In this document: positions 12,194 through 23,700 of the stretch, piece after piece
Numbering within the stretch: the stretch's first letter is position 1
Layout: the number at the start of each line of letters is the position of its first letter
Assembly: GCA_003427395.1 (NCBI GenBank)
Contig: BFEA01000044.1
Coordinates: forward strand, 289,306-353,208
Direction: 5' to 3'
Length of the DNA stretch: 63,903 nt
Source: Chara braunii
Taxonomy: Eukaryota > Plantae > Charophyceae
Made by a program: the position numbers and the translations under genes
Notes under the pieces: generated by a model
The model's input: the letters and a program-made list of their open reading frames with translations, nothing else
The model's database searches: none
Told to the model about the DNA's origin: nothing

Positions 12194-12598
12194 TTAAGGG
12201 CAAGCCGACGGTTAATCCTCCTTATTTGGGAGCAATCAGTACTGGTCAGGGATCCTTCGGCCGGACGGATGCGTGAGTGGGTCTATGTTGTGTCATGTTT
12301 TTCTTTTTCTTTTTTCTTTTCTTAAAAGACTTCTCCTTCCTCTTACATGATTATCATAAGGTTCAATGAACTTCTCACAGCACCCCCAGCGGCAAACCGC
12401 CGAGATCACTGCGATCCAGACACTTCACCGAGATCACTGTGATCCAGACACTTAACCGGTCCATTCAATCAATCCGTAGGAGCCACGGGACCATAAGGTC
12501 CTGTTTTTCGAACAAAAAAGAAAGGAAAAAAAGGAAAAAAAAAAAAAAAAAAAAAAAAAAAATAGATCAAGGAGGCCAGATAAAATATCAAAAAAAAG

Positions 12599-12641
<43 letters not shown>

Positions 12642-13192
12642 AAAAAAAAAAAAAAAAAAAAAAAATAAAAAGAGGTGCTTCGGTGGTAAAACGTCACACA
12701 CACATGCGTTTAAAACCGAAATATTGATATTAAAAAACATAATCCACGCAGTCTCCTTGAGCAACAAACAAACCAAAAAAAAAGGTCAACAAACACTGCC
12801 GAAACAAAAAAAAAAAAAAAAAGAGAAATGTAGTGGGACTATAGCTTAACAGTGCGGGCGAGTTGCCACTTCCCTTGATTCCTCTCTTCCGTCTCCCGGG
12901 AAGTGGGGACCACCCACAGCTATTATGGTGGTCCCTACTTTTCAGAGGTCGTTGGTTTCTGGCCGTATATCTTCGTAAACTTGACAAACAATGGTCAAAA
13001 TGACAAAAATTCAATCCTGAGAAGTGGGACCACCCACAGGTAGTGGGACTGCGCCCCTGGGCCCGGCTAACTGACACCCTTCCTCAATTCGATTCTCTCG
13101 GGGGCTGCCACATTTACAGCTTCTTTAAAAGAAGAACAAAAAAGGAAAACCACTGGCACCTACCCATATACAGCCTCTTGTCAAAGCTGGAA

Positions 13193-13225
<33 letters not shown>

Positions 13226-13660
13226 CAGCAAAAAACACACGGCACGTCCTTCAATGTTTCAAAGAAAACTCACGGCACCTTAACGTCCAACAAGACTTTT
13301 GTCACTGTGTATGCTGCCTTGGGCACTGGGCCCCGATAATGAAACATAAAGAGGACTTTAAACCAGGAGTTTGATTTACGTCTAGCTAAGCTTGGCTTGT
13401 TTTCTCCCACCCCCGGAATATAATGCAGGATCATCAGCTCCATATCTGACCTTAAATCGGGCTAGATATGATGACAACCTCGGTTCTATTCGAGACAAAC
13501 TGGCAGTTAGTACTCTCCAGCCTGTCGTCAAAATTATCTTCCAGCCCAATAAAATTAACAAACCGGCTCAACCAGCTGTCGTGAGCATGCTTCCTACCTG
13601 CTTGTTGTTTTTATTATAATTTCAATTGCCGGGTAAGCCCTAACATTCTTGAATACATGG

Positions 13661-13755
13661 AGGTCCCACTTCTCGATTTATGTGTGTCATCCTTGCGCAG
13701 GGGCCATGCTAATCTTCTCTGTATTGATCCACTTTTAACGGATGTCCCGAAGGAC
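13661..13755 (-). ncRNA. U6: U6 snRNA pseudogene (3'-truncated, tailless)
   Basis: Reverse complement GTCCTTCGGGACATCCGTTAAAAGTGGATCAATACAGAGAAGATTAGCATGGCCCCTGCGCAAGGATGACACACATAAATCGAGAA; no TATA or T-run; flanked by the 12-bp direct repeat AGGTCCCACTTC. Confidence 0.92.
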
Positions 13756-14856
13756 TCAAGGTCCCACTTCGGGGGGACTTTTTTTTAAGCCTCAGAAATC
13801 AAATTATTAATGGGCACCGGGCGGAGTGCGCAAAGCATGGCAACCGGCCGGACTTCTGGACCGGGACAGTCCGGTTGTCTGGGTCCGGGTCCGGGCTCCG
13901 GTCCGGTAGGTCCGGAATGGCCCCATTTCCCAAAATTTCGAAAAAGAATTTTTGGGGAACTTAGGACGTTTCGGGGTTTCTAGGCCGCCCCTCAAAAATA
14001 CGTTCGTGTTTTTTCGGCCGTTGGAAAGCCTACCGGACGCCGCCAGACCGTGTGGGATACCCATCTCTGCCGAGCTCGAACGGGGGATGGGAAAAGCGCG
14101 GATTCGAGTTTTCGAATACGCTATCCCTCGCGCCAACGCCATTTCGACCCCAGAGAACTCTGCTGCCAAGGCTTCTTGCCGCAGAGGAGGTTGTCGCCCG
14201 CAGCGGGGTCATTCTCTCTCTCTCTCTGTCTCTCTCTGTCTCTCTCTGTCTCTCTCTGTCTCTCTCTGTCTCTCTCTCCCTTCCTCCCACCCTCCCTCCC
14301 TCCCTCCCTCCTTCCCTGCCTCCTCCCTCCCCATCCCGTAGCACTATTCCTTGCTTGTGTTACTTCACAGAGGCTTGCGGCTTTCTTTCTTTACTTCGAG
14401 GTCGAGGACCACGATGATCCAAGGTGAAGCGATGGGGTGGAGTGGAGACATGGGTGACTCTCTCTCTCTCTCCTCTCGCGCTCTCTCTCTTTCTTTCTGT
14501 TGAATTGAATGTCAAAGTGAACATGGAGGGAGGTGGAGGACGATGAGGCTGAACGTGGAGGAAGAGGAGAGGGAGCAGGATCGACATCGACTCGACAAGG
14601 GAGACCTTCGGAGAAACTACACGGGAGTCACAAAAATCAGTTATAATTGCATTATGGGTGAAGATACAGTTTGGAATTGCAGTTCGGGCAATGTATACAA
14701 CCGAGCTTTCTGGCCAGGTAGGGTGCCCGAAGTGCGATTGCAAACTGTATCTTGCCCCAAACTGCATTTATAACTCGTTTTGTGACTCTACTGAAGTTAC
14801 CGCATTTTTTTTTTTATATCCTCCATTTCTAGGGACGGCCTCATTTTCCTTGCATG

Positions 14857-14954
<98 letters not shown>

Positions 14955-15010
14955 TTCTTTGCATCTTAAGTGAACATGGTGTGGGAGGACTCGGAGCAAC
15001 AAAGACGATT

Positions 15011-15086
15011 CTCCTTATGGATCTCCCGCCTAACTTGCCCAATTCGGGCCCAATTCGGGCAAGTTCGGCGGGAGATCCATAAGGAG
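15011..15086. repeat. Inverted repeat with 30-bp arms (hairpin)
   Basis: CTCCTTATGGATCTCCCGCCTAACTTGCCC / GGGCAAGTTCGGCGGGAGATCCATAAGGAG, 1 mismatch, 16-nt loop. Confidence 0.9.
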
Positions 15087-15099
15087 GCAGAGGGGCAGA

Positions 15100-15470
15100 G
15101 GAGGACAGGGGCAACGGGGAGGAGGACGAGCGAGATCGAAGAGGAGTTGGGACAACGGGGAGAATGAGCGATATCGAAGAGGAGTTGGGACGATGAAGGG
15201 TAACGAGTAGGACGAGAGATATCGAAGAGGAGTTGGGGTGACGAGGGGCAACAAGGAGGATGAGCGATAAAGAGGAGGACGAGCGGCAACGGGGAGGAGG
15301 ATGAGCGATATCGAAGAGGAGTTGGGACAACAGGGAGCCTCAGGACGAGCAATATCGAAGAGGAGTTGGGCCAACGAGGGCAACGAGGACGGCTATAGCT
15401 AAAAGGAGGACGAGGGGCAACGAGGAGGAGGATGAGTGATATTGAAGAGGTGGAGGAGGAGGAGGAATGG
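15100..15470. repeat. Purine-rich degenerate minisatellite
   Basis: Recurrent GAGCGATATCGAAGAGGAGTTGGG. Confidence 0.8.
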
Positions 15471-16351
15471 AGGCGAGTGAGATAGGTATCTTTATTGATC
15501 CGATGCATGACTAATTGCAATCATGTACGAATTTTTTATCATTTTTAGGTTTCCTGCGGTCATACTTTGGCGTCAAGTCGCCAAATGATTGATTGATTGC
15601 TTGGTTGTTGACCGATCACCAATCAACCGATCAATCAATCAACAAACCAAACAGCAATGATTAAATTTAATTGTTGTCCCAGGTTGTGGTATGTGAGGTA
15701 CCAATGGTGTGTCAGCAGAGTCATCATGCTATGATGCGCTGTTTTTTTTTTTTTTTTTCCCTCTCGGTCCGGACATTTTCAGGGTCCAGGGCACCAGTCC
15801 GGATGGTCCGGGTCCAGTCCTGTCCGGCTGTCCGGTGCCTGTCCAGATTACCGGACGTCTGGACCGGTCCAGACCTATGTATCACCCACAGTCATGACCG
15901 CGGGCCCGCTGACCACATGCGGTCAGGATCATGGCTGCCAGGGCCAACCGCGGGGCCCAAGTGCGGCCACAAAACCCCGACATTTTTAACTCCTAGGATA
16001 ATAGGCGGAAAAATATATATATATCGGGTTGTAGGGTTTGAAAATCCCTACATCCCCATATTTTTGTTTTTGGATTTTGATGTTTTTTGTGATTTTTTAA
16101 AAATAGAAAACGAAAAAAACAAGTATTAAAATCAAAGGAACATAATTCAAAAAAAAAGGAAATTTCTTTTTTTCATATTTTTGTGATTGCTGGTGGGATA
16201 AACATGGTGCACTTGTTTCTTTGATTCTTTTTTTTTCCCAACATATGCAAATATAAAAGGAACAAAAAAAAAAAAGATAATAAGGAAAAGAAAAACCAAA
16301 ACCATTTTTTTTTTCCCTTTCTTTTTGTTTGTTTTTGATAGACACACATAC

Positions 16352-16386
<35 letters not shown>

Positions 16387-16899
16387 CTGAGATTGGTTGA
16401 TTGATTGATTGATTTGTCAATGATTGTTTGATTGATTGATTGATTGATCAGGAAAAAAAAACACCGAACGTGCTAGTTTGTGTGTGTGTCAGTGTGTGTG
16501 TGTGGGTGTGTGTGTGTGTGTGGATAGGAATGCAACATGCAACCATAGCAACCCAATAACAGGAATCTCCATTGGCCATAGATATACCATTAGTCTTGTG
16601 TGCATTTGGGATAAATACCTTGACATCATAGCCTTGCAACCATCATTCCTTGCATGTATCGGCAACATAGCATCCATGAGTAGGGTAGGCGAGGGAGAGA
16701 GAAAGGTTGGGTAGAGCAATAGGAGGAAGAAGAGATAGAGCAGGAGAAAGAAGTAGGGAGCATGATGGACGATGCCATCAACACCAGTAGGACTGCTGGT
16801 GGAAGAGGGGTGGCGAATCCCCTAAAGTGCTTTTCGCCACTTGCGCCGGTCATGGCTCATCAGAGGGTGGTAGTCCTATGGCTCCCAGTTGGGGGGTGG

Positions 16900-17800
16900 A
16901 GGAGGTTGAGTAGGAGCATGGCAGAGTTTAGCATGGGGCGTATCATACCGTTTGTTCCATGATGTCAGCATCGGGGAGGTTGTTCCTGATCTGCGCCATC
17001 ATAGCAAACCTCGCTGTTGCCGCTTGCAATCACAGGGGTGATGCACCAGGCGGTGGATTCACGCTGCCGATCAGAGGGACGCACTAGCCACTGAAGCGCA
17101 TGAAGCATCAGGCTATGGTGTTCCAATGCAGAGCGCACCCGTCTTCACGGACAGTGGGCTAGGGTGGTTGGTATGCCACACAAATGCACCACAGCAGAGA
17201 GGAGGAGGGAAGTACAACAAATGAGAGGGAGAGACGGAGGCTGTGGGGTTGGGGAGAAGAGATATGGATGAATAAGTATTCGTGGTAGGGGTATAGGTAC
17301 AGCCGCATGCTTGGGATCAAGCTGGATTGTAATCCGCGCAGCCTTTCTCCCAGTAAACAGGAGCAAGTGGCCTGGCGAGCTTTGGACATGGCCAGGCGCA
17401 TAGAGAAAAAACGGACTTCTTTGCCACGTGGGGATAGTGCGCCGGTTTGGCACGTGTCAGGCAGTGCGCTCCATTTCTCTTTCTTTGGACTACTCTTCCT
17501 CAAATTTGGTTGGATTCTGTCTCTCCTTCTGCAGGTACGCCTCAGCCTCCAAATCGAGTTGTTTGTCCTTTTCCTATGCAACTCGTTGCTGCTCTTCCTC
17601 CTCCATAGCCGCCTGGATCTCCCGGGCATACTTCAACTGCCACAAGTATCTCCCGCCTGTGCAATTGACGTCATCGATAACATCCCAAAGGCGATTGAAA
17701 AGACTGTCGTCAGGCCACCTTACACTGAAGGGGTTTATGGCGTCCCCCTTGCCAACCCTTTTGTTCGTTCGTGAGCTGGAACTATCTCCATGGACCATGG
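16900..17800 (-). pseudogene. Possible DNA transposase (hAT-like) relic
   Basis: Only a CALHWNT (xTRWNS-like) motif near 17120-17140 and coding-like context; weak. Confidence 0.25.
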
Positions 17801-17821
17801 CGATGCACCCAATTGAACTAA

Positions 17822-17852
<31 letters not shown>

Positions 17853-17984
17853 GTTGACTACGAAGTAGATAAAGTAGACGAAGGAATCCCTCATTCACAC
17901 TATCGATGAGATGATGCCATGCAGCTCACCAATCGTTGATGGTGTGGTGCCATGCAGCTGCTGTCTATTTATAGGTAAATAAGC

Positions 17985-18290
17985 AGTTGACGTTGACCTG
18001 GACCTGGGCCCGGGGCCTGTGTCGATGTTGATTGGGGCTGTGCGTCGTTGACCTGGACCTTGGGAGGCGAGCAGACAGACAAACAGACAGGTAGGCAGGC
18101 AGGCAGACATGCAGACAGGCAGGCACGCAGGCAGACATGCAAGCAGATAGGCTGACAATCAGACAGAGAGGCTGACAGACAGACAAACAGATGGAGAGAC
18201 ATCTGTTTGTCTGTTTGATTGTCTGCCTGTGTGCATGTCTTTGTCTGTTTGGCTGTGCCACGTTGACCTCCCACAGAGACCGGAAATGGA

Positions 18291-18379
<89 letters not shown>

Positions 18380-19365
18380 AAGCCCAGGGTGTTGTACAGG
18401 TGAAGGACCAGACCCGCGGTGATTGTTGGTAGCTTCAGCCAATGGTTGTCCTGACAGGATAGGCCACCTACGCTACCCATCCCCACATGAATACTCCCAA
18501 CGCACCCCCTGTCCCTACTATTTTAACACAGTCCCACACACAGGGAGACAGGCAGGCAGATAGCCAGGCAGGCAGACAGTCACGTGGGCAGAGAGGCAGA
18601 CACACACAGGCAGACCGGCGTGTCTGTCTCCCTATCAGCTTGTCTGCCTTCGTGTCTGCTTGCATGTCTCTCTGTTTGTGTGTGTGTGTGTGTCTGTCTG
18701 TGAGCCAGGCAGGCAGACAGGTATGCTGGCAGAGAGGCAGGCAAAAAGGTACGCAGGCAGAAAGAGAGGCAGGCAGGTGTTGACGTGGCAAACAGGCACG
18801 CAGGCAGAGAGGCAGGCAAACATGTAGATAGGCACGCAAGCAGAGAGAGGCAGGCAGACCTGTAATGATGTTTTTTTTCTTTTTTTAAGGCTCCAAGTAC
18901 AGGCCTGCGTCCAGTGGCAGATGTTGACGAGACCATGGTCTCCGCCTGTACCGCCGTTGACCTGGGTCTGGGCCCGGACCTGTACCGCTGTTGACCTGGG
19001 TCTGGCCAGATCGCCGTTGACCTGGGTCTAGGCCCGGGCCTGCACCGCAGATGTTGACAGTCAGGCAGAGAGGCTGACAGACAGACGGACCGAAACAGAG
19101 ACGAACAGACAGACAAATTGTTTGTTTGTCAATCAGTCTGTCTGTTTGTTTGATTGTCTGCTTGTCTGTCTGTCTGTCTATTTGTATGTCTCACAAGTGT
19201 TGACGTGGCGGACAGGCAGACAGGCACGCATGTGTTGATGCGGCAGACAGGCACACATGCAGAGAGGCAGGCAAGCGTTGACGTAGCAGACAGGCACGCA
19301 GGCAGAGAGGCAGGCAGGCAGGTAGATAGTCACGCAGGCAGAGAGGCAGGCAAACCTGTAATGAT

Positions 19366-19432
<67 letters not shown>

Positions 19433-19683
19433 CAGGGCCTCAAATACAGGCCTGCGTCTAGTAGCAGATGTTGACGTGGCCATGGTCTCGATCTGTACTG
19501 CCGTTGACCTGGGTCTGGGCCTGGGCCTTTATTGCCGTTGACCTGGGTCTGGGCCCAGGCCTGTACCGCAGATGTTGATAGTCAGGCAGAGAGGCTCACA
19601 GACAGACGGACAGACACAGAGACGAACAAACAGACAAACTGTTCGTTTGTCAGTCAGTCAGTCGGTCTGTTTGATTGTATGTT

Positions 19684-19744
<61 letters not shown>

Positions 19745-20215
19745 CACATTCGTGGGCCTGAATCTGATCCAGGTCTAAAGGTTAGATCGTGGGTCAGGTC
19801 GACGGTCATGTCCAGGAGACAACCTGAAGGTCAGGTCGGGGACACAAGCTAGGAGCAGGCCACGGAGACAGGCCCGGGGAAGGCTGGGCAGACATTCCCA
19901 GGCGCATAGCATGCAGGGGACACAACCCCATTGCCATGCACAGGCCCTGCATACAGGCTCAGGCCCACAATTTTTTGGCCCGAGCCTTTTCTTTTTCCCT
20001 CTGATACACATGCACATAGGGTCTGTACCTGTGTGAGGACGCAGATAGATGCAGGCAGAGAGGCAGGCAGGCAGGCAAACAGACACGCAGGCAGACACAG
20101 AGGCAGACAGGCAGATTGGCAGGCACACACGCAGGCAGTCACGCAGGCAAACATGCACGCAGACAGGCAAGCGGGCAAACAGGCACGCAAGCAGGCAGAC
20201 AGACACTTGGGTCTG
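17985..20215. repeat. Degenerate (GCAG/ACAG)n satellite region with duplicated blocks and GTTGACCTGGGTCTGGGCC repeats
   Basis: Blocks about 18780-19150 and 19275-19700 are duplicates. Confidence 0.8.
18376..18520 (-). mobile_element. 3' end of a SINE-like repeat (homolog of 40705-40840)
   Basis: Reverse complement matches GTGGGGATGGGTAG.GTAGGTGGCCT.TCCTGTCAGGACAACCATTGGCTG..AATCACCGCGGGTCTGG..CAACACCCTGGGCTT. Confidence 0.75.
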
Positions 20216-20312
20216 GACCTGCGGAAAGGCCGAGTCTAGGTCTGGATCCTGGGTGTTGGAGGGATGAGGGTGTCCTTGGAGGGAGGCCCAGGGGCTGTTG
20301 GGAGGACTTCAC

Positions 20313-20349
<37 letters not shown>

Positions 20350-20387
20350 CTGTCTCTTATACACATCTAGATGTGTATAAGAGACAG
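20350..20387. other. Nextera mate-pair junction adapter (Tn5 mosaic-end duplex); assembly artefact
   Basis: Exact CTGTCTCTTATACACATCT+AGATGTGTATAAGAGACAG; flanks 20242-20349 and 20395-20500 are duplicated. Confidence 0.98.
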
Positions 20388-20471
20388 GTCTCGATCTGGA
20401 TCCTGGGTGTTGGAGGGATGAGGGTGTCCTTGGAGGGAGGCCCAGGGGCTGTTGGGAGGACTTCACCTCTT

Positions 20472-20554
<83 letters not shown>

Positions 20555-20628
20555 GTTTTTTTTCTCTCTCCGAAGGTAGGCAGGCATGCAACAAACAGGA
20601 ACGCAGCCATGAAATGGAAGTCCCTTCC

Positions 20629-20728
<100 letters not shown>

Positions 20729-20769
20729 TTGATCGATTGATTGATTGTTTGTTTTATTTTTCCTGCTAA

Positions 20770-23700
20770 ATGGTGGGTAAGGGTTAAACGAATATGCAAG
20801 TAGACGGGAGGAGGGGAAGGTTGGAGTATGGAACATAATACACGTTAGATTATCATATAATTTTGCTCCCGGTATATTCGTTGTTTTTTCATGGTGGTCT
20901 CCGCAGACGGACATACATCTGTTGTATTCAACGATTACCTCGCCGATGCTCTCATGGAAGTCATGAACAGTACGAATACATCGCGGCTTCGGAGATTTAT
21001 GACAAGGATGAGCATGAGCCTCGGTGTGGGTGTAAAGTGCCCTACGGTACTCGAGTTAAGGTTCCGAACGATTCCGCATTGGAGAGAACATGTGGTCGCT
21101 ACATGACAGACAATGAAGGCCTTTGGTGGACCCAGGACGAGTTGCTCGGGATGTTGAGGAAGAAGGAGGTGGAACTGGTTGCACTTAGGAGTGCATTTGA
21201 AAAAATCGAATTGAATGCACAATTAGTGGTTGAAAGTTTCCTTGAAAGGGAACGAAGTGAAAAGGTGAGAGATTTTTTTTTGTCCTGTACTATGGATGTG
21301 AGGAAGAATGACATCGACAACCAATTTAGGCATTTAATGCAATCTAGCATTAAAAATGGGTTGCTTGACCAAGTTGCTGAGCTTAGTGGTAGAATTGATC
21401 CACATGTGTGGCAAGAGTGTGAGTCTTTGCGTCTACGATGTGAAGCAACCGAGAGTGGGATCAAAAAATTGTTGTCTGCGGATGCCTTGCCATCTATTGA
21501 TCCTGCTTTTGCATCGGAGTTGTTTGAGCTTCCATTAGTTTGAAACTTTGGAAGAGCTTCCGAAAAGCTCTTTAATTGCTATGTTGCAATCATTACGAAC
21601 AGTTGGTTTAGAGCTTGCACATAGAAATGCATTATGGAGGTGCAAAATACAATGAGGTTTTCGGTTAGCGATAGTAAGTTGAGAGTCTTGGTTGTTACTC
21701 TCAGACAGTTGTACAAAGAGACGTGAGAAGAGTTAATGGACGTTGTGTTTAGGGAGCATTTCTCATATCGATGCGATCGGGGACTGACGAATGGTCTGAT
21801 GACGAATTATAAGCAACAATCGTATACCCTGAGGGTTTTATTAGCAAATGTCATTAGTGCTCATTCCCCAGTGTAGTTTATGAAGGAAATGGAGCATGTG
21901 AAAAAAGAATTGAATGCTCTTGCGAGCATAAATAAATAACATGAGACTATATTACATGAGGTGGTGCTTGCATTGGTTGAAGGCTTGAAGCTCTAATGCG
22001 TCCATGTCAACACTGTGGCAATACCTGCCCTGTGTTTTTTAACCGAAGGAGGTAAGGAAATATTGATGTTCGTACCAGTCAGATTAGTTGCAATCGAAAT
22101 ATCTCTATGATCTTGCAAAGTGCACGCTCTGTTGAAATTGGTACGGATGTTGCAGTACATATAAAATTTGTTTCGATGGTTCAAAAAGTTTTCAAAGTCG
22201 ATAGTTTTCTCTTTCATTCGCCACGTGTACACGATGGTTTGTCATCGAGGTTCACAGAGCATGTCCGACAATTTCGCCAACAAAGATGTGTGGAGTCCGA
22301 CCTTCGTCCCCCCGTGACAAGTGTTCATGCACAACCATGCTCTTCTGTCACGACCCTACCAAATTCACCGAACGCAATGGTTAAAAAGTTTGTTGAATTT
22401 CATAATCATCGGAGAAGATTATTATTATTAAAATCGATTCGTTCAAAGCACAATAGAAGGTATTGTATGTTGCGTCTTCGACAACTGGGTGGCGCTAAAG
22501 TCGTGCGTCGTTTGGAACTCGGATCGTTGTCGTCGGTGTCTCGACGTGTGTTGCCTGACTATGATGCAAATACGATAATTGTTGAAAGTACTGTGGACGT
22601 TAGTGGTGGAACGAAATAAGTCGATACGATGAATACCATTAAACTAGGTTCTACATCACGTAGAATTTCAAACCGAAAGAAAAGCCAGGAGAGACGGACA
22701 AACTTTTATGTTAAACGTATGTGTGCATTGAGGGTTGCGATTAACAATCGTAGGAGGAAAGAAGATGTGCGTGCTCATAAATATTTTGGGGGGGGGTGTG
22801 AGGCGAAGTTTGCTCGCTATGAATGTTCCTCGAGAGATTCGAGCGATCGCCTCTGGGCAGTCGAGGAGTGCATCTTCTTCTTCGAAATAAACACATAGTC
22901 ATTGTTCTCGGTCGAGACAATTACAAAGTCTGTCATCGAGAGCGAGACAATAATATAATCCATCTGTTACAATTCAAAATTCAATGAACAATCGTGAACA
23001 TAGTAAGACGGATAGTTGCGATGAGGAAATGAATGATTCTCATGATGCTCCGCCTGTTGATCTGAACGCACTCTCATCTGCACCCGTGACAACACCATAT
23101 GTGGCGGTTGAGAACACTGTGGCAATTCTTGGGAATGCTACCACAGTTGAGGCGTTCGGCATTGGGGGCCGACAATCGTGTAACTATTGTGGTGCTACAT
23201 TGTGGCATCACGAAAAAAAATGGACAAAGATATGTTGCAGAAAAGGTGCGAGACGTTATCCTCTGTGGGAGTGGCCTCGCAAAAGGTCTCCGGAGCATGA
23301 AATTCTTTCTATTTGGACGTCTCAAACTCTCGATGGCCGATTAGTTCGAAACAATGCGAAGATAATCAATAATAATTTATCCCTCGCATCCTCACGGTTG
23401 AAGCAATCAAGCGATGGTGTTCAAGGATTCCAGGGTCAACTTCGGGCTCAGGGTCCGATCTATCATCGTGTTGGTGCATTGGTTGTGGGGGAAGGGGAAC
23501 ATCCTGAGTTTGCGCAACTTTACTTGCACGATCCTCAATATTTGGATGATGCGATTGATCAAAGAGTAATTTTTTTTCGTTAACCTGCACATACGTCTAA
23601 TGCCAAACTGGAGCGAATGAAACGGATATTGAGAAGGTTTCACGAATTGCTACGATGTTGTAACAATTACATGAGGGACTTTATGACGATTGCTGACCTT

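Larger units (their letters stand above)
10100..12670 (+). mobile_element. 5'-truncated L1/Tx1-like LINE 3' part (ORF2 C-terminus, 3'UTR, poly-A), interrupted by MITEs
   Basis: LLRKITPWIIWKGRWAY (WxIWKxR motif of the L1 ORF2 C-terminus); the frame continues across the MITE at 10777-11715 to the stop at 11823; 3'UTR motif shared with the LINE at 55663; A-tracts 12513-12670; left boundary approximate. Confidence 0.65.

Noticed and set aside
13760-13771. Plant USE promoter (GTCCCACTTCG) for the U6 copy
   Set aside because: It is on the wrong strand and at the wrong distance from the U6 start, and there is no TATA box.
20350-20387. Real Tn5/IS50 insertion or horizontal transfer
   Set aside because: It is the synthetic mosaic-end duplex in mate-pair junction configuration.
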